Below, piece by piece: positions 1 to 10,969 of a DNA stretch of 64,000 nucleotides. The stretch comes from Xylographa opegraphella. Its lineage: Eukaryota. The notes under the pieces are model-generated. The model saw nothing but the letters and a program-made list of their open reading frames with translations. It had not been told where the DNA came from and searched no databases. The translations under genes were made by a program, and so were the position numbers. Location of the stretch: contig JALDZX010000059.1 in assembly GCA_022813865.1 (NCBI GenBank), forward strand, positions 1 through 64,000, read 5' to 3'. The stretch's first letter is position 1. Each line of letters begins with the position of its first letter.

Positions 1-106
1 ATTAGACTGGAGCATTAAGACTGCATCGTGACTTCCTATCTACTCATTGACGAATCCAACCCAGGTCCCTAATCGAACTATACTAGTGAGAGGCAGGATC
101 GTAACA
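1..106. mobile_element. Probable end of an LTR (truncated by the window edge), abutting the RIP-degraded element
   Basis: Normal-GC stretch ending in GTAACA (101-106), the same terminus as the LTR at 6318-6538, followed by an abrupt switch to AT-rich repeat sequence. Confidence 0.4.
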
Positions 107-979
107 TTATACTCGTCACGAGAGTTTTTGTCGAGAGTATCTCTTGAAAACTCGAGTTTATAAACTTTTATTTCAATAATAAATATTAATTTCATTAAAA
201 ATATGCGATCGAAAATTTAAACTTCGAATAATTAATTATTAATTAAATATTTACGAATAAATGTACTACGCTTTTTGCGTGAAGAAAATATATTTAAATT
301 ATAATTCAATTCAATTTAAAGCGTTTTAACGAAATATAATTTATTATTCAATAATAAAAATAAAAATAATCGATAATATTAAAAAATAATAAAAATAATA
401 ATAAAAATAATAATAAAAATAATAATAAAAATAATAATAAAAATAATAATAAAAATAATAATAAAAATAATAATAAAAATAATAATAAAAATAATAATAA
501 AAATAATAATAAAAATAATAATAAAAATAATAGTAAAAAATAATTAAAAATTTTATAACATTGTTAAAATTATACGTAAATTGTAAAAAATACGTTAAAA
601 CGTTAAAACGATAAATTCGAAACGCGGTTTAAATATTGTTTTTATTTAAATTGTTTGTATTTTATTAATTATTTTAATTATATAATTATATATTCGTATT
701 ATTTATATTTATTTTAATACATATAATTTTTTAATTTTTTAATACATAATTTTTATATATAAAATTTAAAGGGGTATATTGTAAATAAAGTCGTTAACGG
801 CTCGCTTAATGATATTTATAAATGATTTATTCGATTCGATGCGAAAGTTCGCGGAGGTTCGAGTATTAAGAAAAGGTTTTCGCCCGTTTAAATAGGTATT
901 TAATATAATCGTAAATCTTTACATAGTATTTACAATATCATCACGTTCCTTACACATTGTATCACCCTGCATTGTGACA
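107..979 (+). mobile_element. RIP-degraded LTR retroelement, 3' part (internal region, polypurine tract, 3' LTR 777-979)
   Basis: 777-979 is the reverse complement of 5683-5885 and ends TTGTGACA. A purine tract AAAGGGGTA lies at 768-776. About 255-776 aligns in reverse with 5886-6317. Differences are mostly C>T/G>A. Confidence 0.8.
391..535. repeat. 12-bp tandem repeat (AAAAATAATAAT)n inside the LTR element
   Basis: About 12 directly visible units. Confidence 0.9.
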
Positions 980-1200
980 GGTTCTTAGGCATTAATATAA
1001 ATATCAAACCCATTCGTCATTTAACACGAAACAATTAAGAGCTGAATATCCCAAAAAGAAAAGGTTGATATTCTGTATCTCAAGGACACTCTGCTGATCC
1101 TATAAGTGCCAGCTCTGCGAGCGAGGCTTTAGTTCTACGATTAACTACGTTAATAACTCCTGCTTGCCGATTTCTTCCCCACAATCCGTATAAACTAACA

Positions 1201-2641
1201 ATGCCACCTGAATCGAGTCTCCACATGCAGGCTCCTATGAATCCACTTTTACTCGCAGAGAAGATTGGCATGGCCTGCCGGGTGAAAGAGTACGAGCATG
1301 TCCAAAGGTTACCGCCTGCGCTTGCCGATCATGCTGTTGCTGGGCGCCAGAAACGTAAAACGGCATTGGCAATAACACCCTCGACTATTACGACGAGTAC
1401 GATAGACAACGTTCCTGCAATTTCAACTGCTATAACGCTCCGCACAAACATAACGGAAGAATCGAGTGCAAATAGGACAACGTCGCATGGAAATCTCTCG
1501 TCTTCAAGTCTGGTAAGGAAGCCAACAACCCAACAGCCCAAGCCTGAATGGCATGCTCCTTGGAAATTAATGAGGGTTGTATCTGGTCATTTGGGATGGG
1601 TTCGCGCACTCGCTGTTGAGCCAGGAAATGAATGGTTTGCAAGCGGTGCAGGAGATCGCACAATCAAGATATGGGATCTTGCGTCGGGCGCGCTTCGACT
1701 GACTTTGACTGGTCATATCTCCACAGTACGAGGACTTGCTGTCTCACCCCGGCATCCATACCTATTCTCTTGTGGGGAAGACAAGATGGTGAAATGCTGG
1801 GATCTGGAAACGAATAAAGTCATCCGACATTACCATGGACACCTGAGCGGGGTCTACACCCTGTCTCTCCACCCTACACTTGACGTCTTGGTCACTGGTG
1901 GTCGAGACGGTGTTGCGAGAGTCTGGGACATGAGAAGTAGAAGCAACATCCATGTCCTGAGCGGCCACAAACAAACAGTGACTGATCTCAAATGCCAAGA
2001 GGCGGACCCGCAGGTCATCACCTCATCATTAGATTCGACAGTCCGCCTTTGGGATCTGGCGGCCGGCAAGACCATGGGAATCCTGACCCATCACAAAAAA
2101 GGAGTTCGAACTCTCGCTTTGCATCCAAAGGAGTTCACGTTCGCTAGCGGAAGCACAGGGAGCATAAAGCAGTGGAAGTGCCCAGAAGGTACCTTTATGC
2201 AGAACTTCGAAGGCCAGAACGTTGTCATCAATTCTTTGAATGTCAACGAAGACAATGTCCTCTTCTCGGGCGGTGAGTCACTCCAATCGACACTTGTGCA
2301 CATTATCTTTAGGCCTTGCTAATTTATAAATAGGTGACAATGGCTCTATGAGCTTCTGGGATTGGAAGACGGGCTATCGATTCCAAACCCTGGACACAAC
2401 CGCCCAGCCCGGGTCGTTAGAAGCCGAGGCTGGTATTTTTACAAGCACTTATGATCGAACTGGTCTTCGATTGATTTGTGGAGAAGCTGATAAGACGAGT
2501 CAGTTCCAGAAGAATTTGCCCCTTAATTGACGGCGGTACTGACTATGTGGTACAGTCAAGATATGGAAGGAAGACGACGATGCAACGCCGGAGAGCCATC
2601 CCTTAGACTGGCAACCTACAATTGGCCGTCAGAAGTTCTAG
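1201..2641 (+). CDS. PRP46: Pre-mRNA splicing factor Prp46/PLRG1 (WD40), 3 exons
   Basis: [21 protein letters not shown] followed by WD40 repeats. Introns about 2273-2332 and 2499-2555. C-terminus [27 protein letters not shown]. Confidence 0.95.
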
Positions 2642-2820
2642 ATTGCTGATTCTGGTTTTACACCTACGGAGGCAGTCGAATTCGCGCCGCGAAATACTGC
2701 GTGATAGGCTGTCCCACACAGAAGTCCAGTCACAGGCAATGACGGCGTTCTTACTTGGGCGGAACTTATCTCGTCGCAGCTCTTCATTTTGTGATTACCA
2801 GTGGCTACAACTGATGTTCC

Positions 2821-5189
2821 TTATGCTGAGAATCCTATTCCGCTTACCTCAGAATCGTCCTTCAATGCATTCTTGACCTCGTCCTCGCCTACATTAAGAC
2901 GTATCTGGCCCGTACGTTCGCCTTTCCTGTGCTCTAATCCGATGATACCGGCATCCAATAGCTCTATTGTGGCAATACCTAAAGCAAGCACCCGTGGCGC
3001 TGTTGACATGCCACCACTGGATGGCGTGTTACATTCCGGTCTTATCATGGATGGGGGCATAAACATTTGGACATCAGCTATGTGGCCCAGTCGCTTGGCC
3101 TCTTCGAAAACATCCCCCAGCATACATTCGGCGATCCCCGTCCTCCTCATTCTCGCAATTAAGGCCGCGAGGACCAATTTCGATGCCAACGGTAACGTTC
3201 GCAAAGAATGCTGCAACGGGCTTGAAGTTGCTTCGTTGATTGCAAGCTTGATCGTGCTTATCGTGACCCGTCCTCCCCTGTGCGACTTCTGGTCTCCAAC
3301 CTCCTCATGCTTGGTCCTTTTCGTTGGAGTGTCCAGCAAGGAGTTTTGCGTCAGACTCTCCGTTTCTGCAATCTCCACTGCTCTCCTACATATATCCAGG
3401 GCTCGTCTGGCGTCGCCACTAACTGCTGCTACCTTTCTGCTAGCAAACTGCACTGCATCTGGATCCACTATATTCCCAGGGACGCCTTCAAGGCGCGACT
3501 GGATGATTTGCAGTAGTTGCTCATGGTTATATCCTGGAAATGTTATCCTCGTCAATCCAAGTCGGCTGCTAATCTTATTACTGAGCGTGCGTTCTGGGAG
3601 ATCCATCGTATTCGCGACAGCAAGGACAATCAACCGGCTGTGACGAAGCGATGGCCAATTGAAGAAGTTGTACATAACGCTCTGGTTCTTGGTGACCAGC
3701 TGATCTAGCTCGTCCATGAGAACTACACAGGGCACCCTTCTCGGATTAGGATTGCTGAAGTCACGTTCTAGAAGTTCCAATGCATGTGAAGAACTAAGTC
3801 GATCACCATGCAGCGCCTCCCAAAGGAGAGAGTAGGACTGGTGCGGATCTGTCACTTTCATACCATTTATCTCAACAAATATGAAGTCGTTCAGGTCCTC
3901 GGCGAGCACGGCTGCGTCGAGCTGTGCTACTACTTCCCGGACTGTGGCCGTCTTGCCCGTACCTGGAGTTCCAGAAATGTAGATGCAGCACCCAGAGCCA
4001 TCAGAGATCGCAGCCTTCAGGTGTGAAAATACCGCCTCGAAGGCTTCTTCGCGACACGGCAAAGCCTCGGGTACAGAAGAACCATGAAGGCAACTCCGAG
4101 CGATCTGAAAAGGGGACGAGGCTATATATGTTGGAGATAAGACGCGTGTTCCCAAAGGCGTGAACTCCAAGGCCTTTTTGACAATGATCCTTCTCTCGTC
4201 AGCCTAAGTCGAGACCTGTTATAACAGTAGTCACCTTTTGTGATTCGGAGTAGTATAATTGCACGAGGCATGGCTGCGGGTTTGGGAAGTAGGGTTAGCA
4301 GCGATGCTAAGCTTTTGGATCTTGCTTGGGGTCTTTGGCGGCCAGCGCTGATCATTATCTAATAAACGCTGTTGTCATAATATCAGCGCGAGCTTTACTG
4401 GCAGCACCCATACATGCATACATTATGCTTCTCGTACTCATAGGTCCCTTTTCGCTTTCCAATCTTCTTTGCAGCTGTCTGCGTCTGTGACTGGACAAAT
4501 TCGCTGAGTTGTTCGATGTCCTCAGGACCCTTGTACATTTCCTCCCATACAAACTCTTCGGTATACGTAGCAATGGTGGTGTCAAGTCCCCGTCGACATA
4601 CGAATATTTTGTCTTGAAGCTTGGTTGACGGCGGTATCTTGCCTGATGGATATTTTGCGTTGAAGGCGGTCATTGACATAATGTGTGCTGTACCATTGAT
4701 GGAGGTCAAGGGATTAATGTCCCAAGCCGGTGTGATATATAGTTCATTCTGTCACGGTCAGCCTAAAAGCACATGCCTAATATCTGACCACTAACGCACA
4801 GCCAACGCATCGGACTTAAAAAGCTGTTTGTTCCTTCTGGTCCTGCTTATCTCCTTTGGCGTTGAAAACCACATGAAATTTGCGCTTTTCTCGCCAGCCT
4901 CGCCGACCTCAAAGTCGGTTATGAGGCCCACCCAAGCTTCATTGCTTTCAGCTTTCAATAATACACAATCCCCTCGCCCACAATGAAACTTGCCCATACG
5001 AGCGCCAACGATATCGCGACTCCCAGTTTTCTGTGAGTAAGAGTAGATCCATTGCCAGGGATGATCTTCCGTTCCCAGCTCGTCATCTGAATCCTCCCTG
5101 GTAACGCCGCCTGCAGTAAGGAAATTCCGTGCCGTCTTAGCCTTCACTGCATTACTGGCCTTAGTAGAATTGGTTTTGTATGGCACCAT
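2821..5189 (-). CDS. ORC1: Origin recognition complex subunit 1 (BAH + AAA+ + winged helix), multi-exon
   Basis: N-terminal REDSDDELG..HPWQW and a BAH-like region; Walker A GTPGTGKT; LMDELDQLVTKNQSVMYNFFNWP; VSGDARRALDICRRA. Confidence 0.95.
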
Positions 5190-5245
5190 AATGGTCGAGC
5201 ATACTCTCGTAAACTTTGTGATCTTTGTCGTCCTTAAACTTTCTC

Positions 5246-5251
5246 ACGCGT
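5246..5251. promoter_or_regulatory. MCB (MBF-binding) box upstream of ORC1
   Basis: ACGCGT 57 bp upstream of the ORC1 ATG. MCB boxes are typical of fungal G1/S replication genes. Confidence 0.5.
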
Positions 5252-5268
5252 TGGTGGGATAGGATGCA

Positions 5269-5335
5269 CACGCCTTTAAAACCCCCGCCTTTAAAACCCA
5301 CGCCTTTAAAACCCACGCCTTTAAAACCCACGCCT
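5269..5335. repeat. 15-bp tandem repeat (CACGCCTTTAAAACC) x4.5 in the ORC1 promoter
   Basis: Directly visible, with one substitution in unit 2. Confidence 0.95.
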
Positions 5336-6115
5336 GAATGCGTCACTTTAGGATCCTACTGTTGAACGAGTCATACGGCCGTCCACTTCGAATGCATTAA
5401 ACATTAGTCAGACATCTCGCAGAAAGCATCTTTTGCACCGGTATCTTACCATACAGCTCCGGTATGATCGCTTTCTGCTTCAGATGTGTTTTGCCATATG
5501 AGAGGAAATAATTTCTGTTTCAAGATGAACGATGATTGTACCAATCAGTGTATTTGATCATGCCTGCCCTACACAAATCAAACGTGGATCCAAATTGTCC
5601 TCGGAAAGAACGACTCTGAGCCCGGCCGTAGTGAGTAACCACGCCAACGTGATGTTTGCCAGCGAGATTAGTCCTAGCGAAATGTCACAATGCAGGGTAA
5701 TACAATGTGTAAGGAACGTGATGATATTGTAAATACTATGTAGGGGTTTACGGCTATATAGAATACCTGTTCGAGCGGGCTGAAGCCCCTTTTTAATACC
5801 CGAACCTTCGTAATGCTTTGTACCGAATCGGGCAGGTCGTTTATTAATATAATGAAACGAGCCGTTAGCGGCTTCACCTGCGATATTTTTTAAATTTTAT
5901 ATCAAAATTATATATTAAAAAGTTAAAATGGTTTTATATATTAAAATAAATATAAATAATATGAATATATAATCGTATAGTTAAAATAGCTAATAAAATA
6001 TAAATAATATAAATAAAAATAATATTTAAATCACGTTTCGATTTTATAATCTTGGCGTTTTGGCGTATTTCATAATTTACGTATATATTTTACAATATGT
6101 TAAATTTTTTTCCCT

Positions 6116-6228
6116 TAATTTTTCTTTTTTTTCTTTTTTTTCTTTTTTTTCTTTTTTTTCTTTTTTTTCTTTTTTTTCTTTTTTTTCTTTTTTTTCTTTT
6201 TTTTCTTTTTTTTCTTTTTTTTCTTTTT
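6116..6228. repeat. 9-bp tandem repeat (TTTTTTTTC)n inside the LTR element
   Basis: About 12 directly visible units, at the position homologous to the 12-bp array at 391-535. Confidence 0.9.
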
Positions 6229-6317
6229 ATTTATATTTCGTTAAAGCGTTTTAAATCAAGGAAAATCACAAATTGGATATATATATTTTTCGCAAAAGGT
6301 TTAATAAATTTATTTAT

Positions 6318-6538
6318 TGTTACGGCTCGCTATCTCACCAGAAAAGCAGGCCTAGAACCACAGCTATAGGTGAGCGATTTNNNNNNNNNNNNNNNNAAGG
6401 AAGCAAGTTTAGTAATACACGTAGAAGTTAAAATAAACAGTGCTAACGCCAAGACTCCTACCCGCTTTCGAATTAGCCTGAGTCCCGGACGCGCTTTAGT
6501 CCCGTTCCGTCTATCACTTGTTAAGGTGCCATGTAACA
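6318..6538. mobile_element. LTR (second family) containing an assembly gap
   Basis: Begins TGTTAC and ends GTAACA (perfect 6-bp inverted termini). It interrupts the host element exactly where homology with the left copy stops. Its start resembles 7764 onward. Confidence 0.7.
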
Positions 6539-7763
6539 CGCCGTTACACTCCAGGAAGAGACAATAAAAGAGCAGATGCGCCTAGCAGAAAGAAGGACCT
6601 CATGGACAAAGAGCCAATGAATGGGGCACTGCTAAAATTAGACAATCAAGGTGCACTTATTCCAGTACGACAGATCGCAGCTTTTGAGATAAAGGCTGTA
6701 GGGAAAGATTTCAGGAACTTATCAGCAGAGGAACTGATTAAGTATCATCATGATGGACTAATAAATGGCCATTCAGGAGTTACCAAGACGATGGAAATCA
6801 TAAGAAGAAATTATGACTTCCCAAATATAACAAAACATGTGGAAGCTTATATCAAGAAATATACACCATGCTAGAAAAACAAATCAACCAGGCATGCAGT
6901 ATATGGAAACATTCAATTTACAGAAGTACCAGAAATACCATAAAAACAGATCTCGGTAGACTTTATCATAAAATTACTAAAATTCGAAAATCCTGTTACA
7001 GATTAGCTTTATAATTCGATTATAATAATAATGGACAAGCTTATTAAATACTCCATTATCATACGCTTTAAAGAAATATATACAGCAGAGCAGTTAGCAT
7101 TTTTAATGCTAAACCGATTGATACGGGATTATAAATTCCCGGCAGGGATAATATTAAATAGGGATAAACTATTCATATTTAATTTCTGGAAGACTTTAAT
7201 GTTTGAACTAAAAGTCAAATTAAAGATGTTAATAATTTATTATTTACAGACAAATGAATAAATTAAAAGAATAAATCAGAATTTGAAAGTATATCTGCGA
7301 CACTTTATTAATTTCAAATAGAATAATTGAGTATTATTATTATCTTTAGGACAGCTGGCACTAAACAATAAACAATTTGTAATATCAGTATTATCGCCTT
7401 TTTTCGCAAATACAGAATATCATTCGAAATTGTTTAGGGATAAAAGACCGGGATTTAATACAAATAAAGCAATAATATTAGCCAAAGATTTAAAGATAAC
7501 GCATGAGACGTTATGCAAGAAAATTACATAGAATAACAATAATATTACTGCGAAAAAATTCAAAAATACCAAGAATAAACCTCAGCTAAGGAAAAGGGAT
7601 AAAGTATATTTTCTTACAAAGAATTTGATAGTTAGCAAAAATCGAAGCAAGAAATTTAATTATGTTAAAGTCGGATCATTTTTAATTAAATAAATCAGAG
7701 AATTAATCAACTATTTTCTTAATCTGCTAAAAAATGTAAACTTTAGTACTTTATTACAAATAA
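6539..7763 (+). pseudogene. Ty3/Gypsy pol remnant (RNase H end + integrase), RIP-inactivated
   Basis: YTPGRDNKRADAPSR; integrase zinc-binding region HHDGLINGHSGVTKT..NYDFP..C; degenerate core ISVDFI..MDKLIK..ILNRDKLF. Many in-frame TAA/TAG stops. Confidence 0.9.
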
Positions 7764-8062
7764 TGTTACGGCTCATCAACTCACCACACAAGCACGCCTA
7801 GAACGTAAGCTTTAGGTGGACGATTTCAACCCAGATTANNNNNNNNNNNNNNNNNNNNNNNNNNNNNNNNNCTCCATGGGCGAGACTATATACTAAAGGT
7901 GCTAGTCCTGATCCAGCCCGACCCCTATTACCTGTGACTGATGTCATAGCCGTCACACTATACATAAATAGAACTAGCCTTCAGGTATTCCTTTATGCCT
8001 ACCAGCAAGTGATGCTTCTACCAATTAACAATATTGAAGTTTATTAACTTAGAATTATAACA
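7764..8062. mobile_element. LTR-like sequence related to 6318-6538, containing an assembly gap
   Basis: Starts TGTTACGGCTC..CTCACCA..GCCTAGAAC..TAGGTG..CGATTT, as at 6318. The 3' end is uncertain (GTCACA at 7957 or ATAACA at 8062). Confidence 0.55.
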
Positions 8063-9175
8063 TGGGTTGAATACGGTTTTTACAATAAAGGAAATCCTTT
8101 ATTTTATATAAAAATCCTGTTTTAAAATGCCTTTTATGCCTTTACAGGGAGGCCATCGAAGCAAAGAGGTCATGCCTTCCATGCCTTCGCAGGAGGGCAA
8201 AGGAGGCTTCCGGAACAAAGTTCCTCCGACCCCTGTTTCACACAGCATTGGTCAGAACCTTATTACTGCGAGTCTGCGAGCCTGCGTAACCTGCGTGCAT
8301 TATATTATGCTAAGCGAATTATACAAATTTATACGTATTCTGCGAATCTGCGCGCATTTTACGTTGCATTTTTATTATTATTTTTTTTGTAATTTTGCGT
8401 ATTCAAATAAAGATTTTCGCTTGCAATAAAAATTTGATTTATTAAAATCGAGAGGCCTTTGCCGAACGTTAGATATTAATATTATAATTAATCAAATATC
8501 GTAAAACTTGCGTAAATTAAACCTCAAATTGACGTCGTTTAAAATTAATCTTTTTAAAATCCGGGTTTTAAAATTAAAATATTGTAAACGAAAAATTTCG
8601 AATTTTGCGTTGCATTTTACAACGCATATTTGTAACACAAATCTGCAAAATTCCCCCATTAATAAAATTCGCGCAGGCCTGCGAAATGCGTTTATTATGA
8701 TGAAATACGCGCAGGCCACGCAGGCCCACAGGCCACGCAGGCGTATAATATACGCGCAGGCCTGCAAAATGCGCCCATTATGATAAAATACGCGCAGGCC
8801 ACGCAGGCCCACAGGCCACGCAGGCGTGTAATATGCGTGCAGGCGTAGTGAATGCGTGCAGGCCTGCGAAATACGCCCATTATACGGTAATGAAATGCGC
8901 GCAGGCCTGCGAAATGCGCCCATTATGATAAAATGCGCGCAGGCCACGCAGGCTCACAGGCCACGCAGGCGTAAAGATTCGCGATTATTATAAAAATGGT
9001 TATAAAATTTTATTATACAAATTTTATGCATAGTATAATTTATATAATTATACGACTGGGTTAACCCAGCTCAACCCAGCTCAATTCATAAAAAAACTCA
9101 ACTCAATTCATAAATAATTCAATTCAGAATGAATTGAATTATTCATTCAATAATTCAACTCAATTCAACCCATGT
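8060..9175. mobile_element. Non-autonomous DNA transposon/MITE-like relic(s) with a 13-bp terminal inverted repeat
   Basis: ACATGGGTTGAAT (8060-8072) and ATTCAACCCATGT (9163-9175) are perfect inverted repeats. Subterminal (C/T)TCAA reiterations lie at 9057-9170. No transposase ORF and no clear TSD. Confidence 0.5.
8670..8972. repeat. GC-rich higher-order tandem array (~83-bp unit built from CGCAGGCC subunits)
   Basis: Units start at 8670 and 8753, with further partial and complete copies. It contains the palindrome CGCAGGCCTGCG. A degenerate inverted copy lies at about 8266-8360. Confidence 0.85.
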
Positions 9176-9755
9176 CGCAGTATATCAATATTATTTTAAA
9201 TAAAATTTAAATAATTTTTAATTCGATTAAAAACTTTATTAATTTAAAATAAAAATTTAAATTAAATAATAAAATATTTATTTATTTATTAAAGCGATTC
9301 CGGGCTTATAATTATTACAATACAAAATAATATAGTATATAAAAAACGTAATAATAATAATATTATAAATATTATATAAAGGTTTACGATTATATAAAAT
9401 ATTTATTTAAACGAACGAAAATCCCTTTTTAATACCCAATTTTCGTAATATATCGCATCGAATTGAGCAGGTTGTTTACTAATAGGATTAGGCGAGCCGT
9501 TAGCGGCTCCACCTACGACAAAATCGAACTTCGGTCGATAGTGGTGCAGTATTTCCGCTTCGATGTGTACTTTGTTTCCTATTCAAGTTTAGCTCCAGGG
9601 GTCTTGGCTTTCCACAACGCTGCATATGGAGCGAGAGGTCCCCTCGCGCTGGATCACCTGGTTCGTAAGCAAAAGTACTGACTCCCAGAGGCTTAGTGCG
9701 CCACATCTGAGGGTACTGAGGCAACCTTTCTGAGTCCAATTGACATAACATCTAC

Positions 9756-10701
9756 ATGTCAATCATCATGTTGTCAGCTGCAAGTCAAAGTCGAGGTCTG
9801 ATAGATTTCAGCCAACAGTCTCTCCTGAGTAAGATTACAGCCGAGAACCAATTGTCTATTTGGTAACTAATATATATATCCCAGTCTCGGCGTTATCAAT
9901 TGCATTCAATCCCATATTTTGGAAGTATGCGCTACCTACCCACATGTATAATAGTAGTCACTAATCAGACGCACAGCACCATCGCGCGTCAAGGTACACG
10001 AATGTCGCGGAACGTCTCTTGAGCAGTATCTGTTGACTAATTCTTGGCCATTTGAACAGAGTACTACAATAAAATACTCACCAGACTCTTCGGTGGAAAC
10101 TCTCGCCTGGGTTGCTACGCCCTTGCAATTACCATATTTACCCTCGGTATCATTAGAGACATGCTGTCGGACTCTCTTCTCCTTACTTGCCAACGCCTAG
10201 ATTAACTTCTTAATCAGTTATGAGCGCGCCCTACGCTATCAACCCTCCTCAACGTTACTCCTCCAACCTATGTTCACATACTTCGCCTACACACTCATCG
10301 TCGCAGGCAATATCCTCGTACTCTCAAGCATGTGGGCGCTTGGAGTGACAGGCACATACCTGGGTGACTATTTTGGTATTCTCATGGATGACGTGGTAAC
10401 CTCCTTCCCCTTCAATGTAGTCGCTGCGCCAATGTACTATGGATCGACGCTCTCGTTCCTGGGCACGGCAATTTTGTATGGAAAGCCTGCAGGAGTGATG
10501 CTGACAGTAGAGGTGTTGGCTGTATATATACTTGCGCTGCGGTTCGAGGAGTAAGTCTTATGCGCTTCGTAACTCTGCTCAAGTCCCAACCGCATTTTCA
10601 TGACCTCGGCGCCAACGGGCTAACCTGATCCTAGCCCATTCACAGCCGAAATATATGCGAAGAGAGAACGGGAGCGCAGACAAGCGATCAAAAAGCATTG
10701 A
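9756..10701 (+). CDS. OPI3: Phospholipid (methylene-fatty-acyl) methyltransferase Opi3/PEM2, multi-exon
   Basis: SIAFNPIFW; ENFTIK-like/EYYNKILTRLFGG; SSMWALGVTGTYLGDYFGILMD..FPFNV..PMYYGST; last exon PFTAEIYAKRERE. Start at 9756 or 9768. Confidence 0.93.
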
Positions 10702-10969
10702 ACACATGGAAGCTGTTTACTGTTCCAGACGCGTCGGAAGTTGGTTATACTGGAGCCCTTTTCAAGAGGGAGTAGGTGTTTTACTCACAGATATCAAAAG
10801 CTCTCTCAATAATAATGAGCTTATGTATACTAAGGTCGGAGAATTTCAAGGAATTCGTTCAGCGTCCAATTATGATAGATGTAGATCTCACTTTGGGATT
10901 GACTAGGGACATCAACAGCCACACCTGCCCCGGTAATCTCATTGAGCGACTCTCATTGAGCGATTCTCC

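Larger units (their letters stand above)
5683..9520 (-). mobile_element. RIP-degraded LTR retroelement with paired LTRs (5683-5885 and 9313-9520) hosting nested insertions
   Basis: The two ~205-bp direct repeats align over their length with mainly transition differences. Outer termini are TGTCAC (5683) and CGACA (9520). Orientation is taken from the purine tract of the sister copy at 768-776. Confidence 0.8.

Noticed and set aside
980..991. GGTTCTTAGGC after the left LTR as a primer-binding site
   Set aside because: This LTR is preceded by a polypurine tract and internal sequence, so it is the 3' LTR and the downstream bases are flank.
2801..3643. 280-aa plus-strand ORF and similar antisense ORFs over MDM1, PRP5, KIN1 and HET
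   Set aside because: Shadow frames of conserved genes with no motifs of their own.
6060..6369. Phe/Ser/Leu-rich ORFs
   Set aside because: These are translations of the (TTTTTTTTC)n microsatellite.
8670..8972. CRISPR-like array
   Set aside because: Eukaryotic context, no unique spacers and no cas genes. It is a tandem or subterminal transposon repeat.
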